DNA from: Candidatus Saccharimonadota bacterium | GTDB taxonomy: Bacteria > Bacteroidota > Bacteroidia > Cytophagales > Amoebophilaceae | Assembly: GCF_936981045.1 (NCBI RefSeq) | Contig: NZ_OW441264.1 | Location: forward strand, 870,001 to 902,000 | Direction: 5' to 3' | DNA length: 32,000 nucleotides | Part shown: in pieces, positions 27,568 to 32,000 of the stretch | How positions within the stretch are numbered: the first letter of the stretch is position 1 | How the letters are laid out: the number at the start of each line of letters is the position of its first letter | The notes under the pieces: model-generated | Told to the model about the DNA's origin: nothing | Databases searched by the model: none | Seen by the model: only the letters and a program-made list of their open reading frames with translations | Translations under genes and position numbers: made by a program

Positions 27568-27960
27568 GACCATTAAACATAGCGTTATCATCATCAGGGC
27601 TTGTATACGACTCTCTTTTTTTAGAAAGACAGAGGATACCTCAAAGGCATTACCTTTAATAAATCGAAATGCTTATTCTGTTTTGTGCTGATCTTTATAC
27701 TCCTGCAGCATTTCCTGATCGCTTAAAGCATTGTTATCTAGTTGATTAGTAGCTAAAATAAATCGCCCCTGTTGGGAACGCAATAGGGCTATTCTGGACT
27801 CATTAGTAACTAGTTGCGTACGTAATTTATAACCTATGACAGTAGGTTTAGTATCCTTTTTAGGTCTTCCTTGTCCACTATGTTGGGTAACTTCTTCCAC
27901 TTGTGTGACTGCTAAATCATGATATATAAATGGCTTACTGAGTAAAGCAAATGCTTTTCC
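27568..27960 (-). pseudogene. IS4/IS1634-family transposase internal fragment
   Basis: ..GQGRPKKDTKP..GRFILATNQLDNNALSDQEMLQEYKDQHKTE*AFRFIKGNAFEVSSVFLKKESRIQALMMITLCLM.. is typical of the C-terminal third of IS1634-type transposases. It has an in-frame TAA and is bounded by other elements on both sides. Confidence 0.6.
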
Positions 27961-28270
27961 GGTTCTGTCGCTTCTATATTTTCGTTAGTAACGTCTTTTC
28001 TTTTAAGTGAAGTTTTGGATATATATTGGTTATTATTCGGCCATTAGCATAACAAAATTCTCAAAAGTAGAAAGATGATTTTTAGCCCCGATTACTTGTC
28101 CTTTTTGAATTATAAGAATGTTTTCTATCCCTGCAATGGTAATGGCTGCAGACTTAAAACACTTAAAACTAAGCATAGGTTTTAGCCGTTTTTTGATAAA
28201 CCTATGATCTTGTTCAACTCTATTATTCAAGTATTTTTTTTGAAATATTTGAATGGTATGATCTTGATCA
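27961..28270 (-). mobile_element. IS6-family B-type 3' fragment (copy B3)
   Basis: It starts with GGTTCTGTCGCT and encodes only the last 65 aa of the transposase. Homology to copy B2 ends at 28270. Confidence 0.85.
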
Positions 28271-28284
28271 GGAAGTGTTTACTA

Positions 28285-28669
28285 ACCTCAGTTCGGGATT
28301 AGACGTATTGTGAACCAGTCATATATATATTAGTTATAGAAGGTTTTTTCTCTTTTAGTGCATAAGCTGTAATTCCAGCTATCAAATTGACTAAAAAATT
28401 AGGTATGCTTCTATGCCTGGAATGTTCTATCTGGCTAATATTTTTGAGCTGATCTATAATAGTTTCAATTATAGATCGTTTTCTAAGCATCAGTTTATCC
28501 CAGAGTGGCATAAAAGCATTTTTCATATTTTTTCTGATCTGGGTAATGAGTTCCACGCCTTTCTCGATCAGTTTTTTAAATAAATCTTTGCTTATGTAAC
28601 CTTTATTGGCAAACATTTTACCCATGAAGTGTTTACACAAATTTTCTACAGGAAGCCTATCATTAGTTT
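28285..28669 (-). mobile_element. IS982-like element, copy 3, 3' fragment truncated by IS6-A2
   Basis: It starts with ACCTCAGTTCGGGATTAGACG and encodes the C-terminal 113 aa. Homology to copy 2 stops exactly at the IS6 IR (28670). Confidence 0.85.
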
Positions 28670-29502
28670 GGTTCTGTCGCGTTTATTCTAAAAAATGATT
28701 ATTTTAGTATCGGTATTTAAAAAAGTAGTTATTATGTTTAATATTTCTCCCGAGTTATTACCATATTTTAAAGGTTATTGTTCTTCATCAGAAGTCATCC
28801 TGTTATTTGTATACATGAAGTGTCGTTTTTCCTTGAGCTATAGAGATTTGGAAGAGATGATGCGTATGAGAGGCGCAAGAGTTGATCATTCTACGCTACA
28901 GAGATGGGTTATTAAGTTTGTTCCTCTGATAGATAAAGCAGTAAGAAAAAGAAAACGACCAGTTGGTAGTAGTTGGAGAATGGATGAAACCTATGTTAAA
29001 CTAAACGGGAAGTGGATCTATTTATATAGAGCAGTAGATCGTTATGGTGATACAGTTGACTTTTTTCTATCTGATCATAGAGACAAGTCTTCAACGCTTT
29101 CTTTTTTTCGCAAGGCGATCACAGAAAATAATATTCCTAAGAAAGTAGTAATTGACAAAAGCGGTAGTAATAAAGCTGCCCTTGATGCGATCAATACAGA
29201 TCTTGATCAAGATCATACCATTCAAATATTTCAAAACAAATATTTGAATAATAGAGTTGAACAAGATCATAGGTTTATCAAAAAACGGATAAAACCTATG
29301 CTGGGTTTTAAGAATTTTTATTCTGCTTCCATTACTATTTCAGGGATAGAAAACATTCGTATGATTCAAAAAGGACAAGTAAGAGGAGCTAAAAATCATC
29401 TTTCTACTTTTGAGAACTTTGCTATCTTAATGGCCGCATAATATCCAAAATTTGACTTAAACGAAAAACCTATACTAAGAAAACTATAGACGCGACAGAA
29501 CC
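28670..29502 (+). mobile_element. IS6-family insertion sequence, A-type copy 2 (833 bp)
   Basis: It has the same ends and the same IR-to-ORF offsets as copy A1. No TSD is present. Confidence 0.9.
28734..29441 (+). CDS. IS6-family transposase (235 aa, apparently intact)
   Basis: It differs from the A1 product at two residues (PVGSSWR against PIGSSWK). Confidence 0.85.
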   Translation: MFNISPELLPYFKGYCSSSEVILLFVYMKCRFSLSYRDLEEMMRMRGARVDHSTLQRWVIKFVPLIDKAVRKRKRPVGSSWRMDETYVKLNGKWIYLYRAVDRYGDTVDFFLSDHRDKSSTLSFFRKAITENNIPKKVVIDKSGSNKAALDAINTDLDQDHTIQIFQNKYLNNRVEQDHRFIKKRIKPMLGFKNFYSASITISGIENIRMIQKGQVRGAKNHLSTFENFAILMAA

Positions 29503-29571
29503 CCGCATAATATCCAAAATTTGACTTAAACGAAAAACCTATACTAAGAAAACTATAGACGCGACAGAACC
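29503..29571 (+). repeat. Tandem duplicate of the last 69 bp of IS6-A2 (a second right end)
   Basis: 29503-29571 repeats 29434-29502 exactly (CCGCATAATATCC...GACGCGACAGAACC). Confidence 0.9.
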
Positions 29572-29946
29572 TAACGATCTACTGCTCTATATAAATAGAT
29601 CCACTTCCCGTTTAGTTTAACATAGGTTTCATCCATTCTCCAACTACTACCAACTGGTCGTTTTCTTTTTCTTACTGCTTTATCTATCAGAGGAACAAAC
29701 TTAATAACCCATCTCTGTAGCGTAGAATGATCAACTCTTGCGCCTCTCATACGCATCATCTCTTCCAAATCTCTATAGCTCAAGAAAAAACGACACTTCA
29801 CGTATACAAATAACAGGATGACTTCTGATGAAGAACAATAACCTTTAAAATATGGTAATAACTCGGGAGAAATATTAAACATAATAACTACTTTTTTAAC
29901 TACAGATACTAAAATAATGATTTTTTAGAATAAACGCGACAGAACC
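29572..29946 (-). mobile_element. Inverted 5' fragment (first 375 bp) of an IS6-family element
   Basis: It ends with the left IR ..AATAAACGCGACAGAACC at 29946 and encodes the first 103 aa (MFNISPE..YRAVDR). It is broken exactly where the duplicated IS6 right end abuts. Confidence 0.88.
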
Positions 29947-30254
29947 AGTTGAAGCCATTAACCGTTCTATTGGTATGGTGGGTTCTATCCATATAAAATG
30001 GATATAGATTTGGATCTACTTTGTTGGTAATTTACTTCAGATTCCCTTAAATTTACCTTTCGTTAAGTCTTCTTGTTGACTCTACTTGTGGTTAGGATAG
30101 GTTGGAGCTGGGTTTTAGCGTGGGGGCCATACCTTTTTTGTTCATGATATAAAACCTTTGGTTGCGCGCGTGCTTTTAGGGTTTTTACAAATCTATTTTC
30201 TCATCTAGGCTTGTTAAGCATCGTTGTATCATATAAGACCAAAAAACTACGATT

Positions 30255-31646
30255 ATGAAACTAAAAGGAGAAAATAAGTTTTTTAAGTGGATGCGTTTGC
30301 TCAACCAGCAGCAAGAGAAGCGGTTGGCCTATTGTTTGGAGCGTGCAGCGCCTATAGAGGTGTCCAGGTTTTTAGAAAAGCAATCTTTTGAGCTGGTTAT
30401 AGCAATATTTCGCACCTTGTCTATTCCACGACAAGGGGAAATATTTGCCTTATTGAATGATAATGCGTTGCAGATGCAAATCTACCACGCTATTCCTAAA
30501 AGCAGCTTTGCCAAGATTTTTTCTTGTATGCCTTCTGATTTGCGCGTTGATTTTTACCAACGATTGAGCAATAAGGAACATGCCCATTTGTTACCCTATT
30601 TAAACAGAAAGGTTCGGGAAGATGTAATTATGCTCAATGCCTATTTACCAGATACGGCAGGCGGTATCATGAATACAGATTTTGCGACTGTTTTAAATTC
30701 AATGACTGTAGAAGAAGCTATCGCTAAAATCCGTGAGGATGCACCTTCTAAAAAGATGCTTTATTACATCTATGTAGTAGATGAAAAGATGAAATTGGTA
30801 GGTTTTATTTCTTTAAAGGATTTAGTGATCCGTTCTCCTAAAGAGAAGATAGAGACTATACTCAATGCAAATTTTGTCTATGCTACGGTAGATGAGGATC
30901 AAGAAGTTGTCGCTAAAAAAATTGAACAATATGATTTGGTAGCTATTCCTATTTTGAATCAAGAAGAACAAATCGTAGGTATTGTAAGTTATGATGATGC
31001 CATACATATTATCAGGGTGGAGCAAGTTGAGGATATGGATAAATTTATGGGTATTACTTCAGAAGAAGATGCACCAGATTATCTAAAGGTCTCCAGTCTA
31101 CAACATCTTAAAAAGAGAATTAAATGGATTGTAGTAGTATTTATGGCCAGCATCGTTGGCCACGCTTTTACACATGCTAAAAGTGCTTTTTTTACGCCAT
31201 TTAATTTGATTTTCTATTTGAGTATGATTACGGATACTGGAGGCAACGTAGGCAGTCAAGTAGCTTCAGTAGTACTGCAAGCATTGAATCGAGGCCAGCT
31301 CACGCTGTCTGACTGGGCTAGGATTATTTTAAAGGAATTAAGGATTGCCATTATGTTGGCTTCTATTTTATTTTTTCTTGCTTATATTAAAGTATTCTTG
31401 ACCTCCAGTCTGGATTCAGAAGTCAACAGGCACTACCAGGTAATGTTTGTAGTGGCATTGAGTATTGTGTTACAAGTTATTTTTTCTGCTTTTATAGGAG
31501 CGACTTTTCCATTAGCTGCTAAATATTTTAATGGAGATCCTGCAGTAGCAGCCAATCCTGCGATTAATACAACTGTAGAACTATTGGGTGTGATCATTTA
31601 TTATGTAGTAATTTGTTGGCTCATTAATCCAGTCGGTAGCTGTTAA
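30255..31646 (+). CDS. mgtE: Magnesium transporter MgtE
   Basis: An MgtE N-domain, a CBS pair and a C-terminal membrane domain with DTGGNVGSQ, 463 aa. Confidence 0.9.
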   Translation: MKLKGENKFFKWMRLLNQQQEKRLAYCLERAAPIEVSRFLEKQSFELVIAIFRTLSIPRQGEIFALLNDNALQMQIYHAIPKSSFAKIFSCMPSDLRVDFYQRLSNKEHAHLLPYLNRKVREDVIMLNAYLPDTAGGIMNTDFATVLNSMTVEEAIAKIREDAPSKKMLYYIYVVDEKMKLVGFISLKDLVIRSPKEKIETILNANFVYATVDEDQEVVAKKIEQYDLVAIPILNQEEQIVGIVSYDDAIHIIRVEQVEDMDKFMGITSEEDAPDYLKVSSLQHLKKRIKWIVVVFMASIVGHAFTHAKSAFFTPFNLIFYLSMITDTGGNVGSQVASVVLQALNRGQLTLSDWARIILKELRIAIMLASILFFLAYIKVFLTSSLDSEVNRHYQVMFVVALSIVLQVIFSAFIGATFPLAAKYFNGDPAVAANPAINTTVELLGVIIYYVVICWLINPVGSC

Positions 31647-31723
31647 TTACCAATTTATATCTACTTTTTTTCTTTGGCTTAAGCACTACATGTAATGATC
31701 TTAAGGCTGTTTTATTTAATGAA

Positions 31724-32000
31724 ATGCTGGACTTTGCTGTTCCTGTTCAGTTTTTTTTTGCTTCATGTAAGTCAGATCATGGGGAGGATGTATTGATTTT
31801 ACGAGATGAGTTGGTGGTGCCTCTGATGGAGGCATCGTCGTATATTACCGGCAAACAAAAAGAGATAGATGACCGTGGCCAGATCATTAGTGGAGTACCT
31901 TGTGAAATAAATTTCACGAAGGCGCATGAATTGTGCGCACATGTGGAAAAAAGATTACGAGGTTATCCAAAGATTACAAGATATGAAATCTCCCAAAGCG
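31724..32000 (+). CDS. Partial ORF (92 codons or more, runs off the window), probable lipoprotein with a frameshifted leader
   Basis: The frame is open from ATG 31724 to the window end (MLDFAVPVQFFFASCKSDHGEDV..). A better leader, MKCWTLLFLFSFF, starts at ATG 31719 in another frame and is separated by a T9 tract at 31751-31759. Confidence 0.45.
   Translation, partial: MLDFAVPVQFFFASCKSDHGEDVLILRDELVVPLMEASSYITGKQKEIDDRGQIISGVPCEINFTKAHELCAHVEKRLRGYPKITRYEISQS

Noticed and set aside
29947-30254. M-box (Mg2+) riboswitch in the 308-nt leader of mgtE
   Set aside because: Only a vague GTTAGG..GGAGC resemblance was found. The conserved M-box core segments as I recall them, for example the ..GUGCUAAAGCUC.. 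region, are not present. A covariance-model scan would be needed to revisit this.
157-31025. Antisense or overlapping ORFs inside well-supported genes: 157..765, 1185..1382, 1706..1897, 14963..15151, 15640..15843, 16137..16433, 21583..21876, 24184..24390, 25066..25260, 25830..26090, 26248..26496, 26264..26527, 30822..31025
   Set aside because: Each lies wholly within a gene that has strong family signatures on the other strand or frame. None shows a recognisable motif.

Overview
This is an AT-rich bacterial chromosomal window. Four small islands of housekeeping genes (clpX-clpP-miaA; HIT-apbC; nrdB-GNAT-nrdA-adk-obg; mgtE) are separated by dense, multiply nested mobile DNA that makes up roughly half of the 32 kb.

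Element families traced directly from the sequence:
- IS6 family, two subtypes, 7 full, partial or solo-end copies
- a 1.0-kb IS982-like element, 3 copies
- an IS5-family element plus one end fragment
- a minimal Tn3-family element (IRs plus tnpA only)
- fragments of IS110-, IS3- and IS4/IS1634-family transposase genes
- a group II intron with a class-C-like domain V
- two non-autonomous MITE families

Most notable points:
1. A 240-bp MITE is present in 7 copies. Its termini match the IS982-like element, it has 5-bp target duplications, and it is never itself interrupted.
2. There are two nested-insertion stacks whose order can be reconstructed base by base: repeat-protein gene > Tn3 > IS5 > IS6 and MITE; and IS6 > group II intron > IS982 > MITE.
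3. Identical in-frame TAG codons are shared by separate copies of two unrelated IS families.
4. Two paralogous secreted or lipoprotein-like low-complexity genes are present, one carrying about 29 tandem 12-bp units.

I found no CRISPR array, rRNA or tRNA gene, or recognisable defence, toxin or secretion operon. The novelty here is in the mobile-element biology, not in a new gene system. The gene content and extreme IS load resemble IS-rich intracellular Bacteroidota symbionts of the Amoebophilus/Cardinium type. That is an inference from memory, not a search result. All coordinates were counted by hand and element ends may be off by 1-3 bp.
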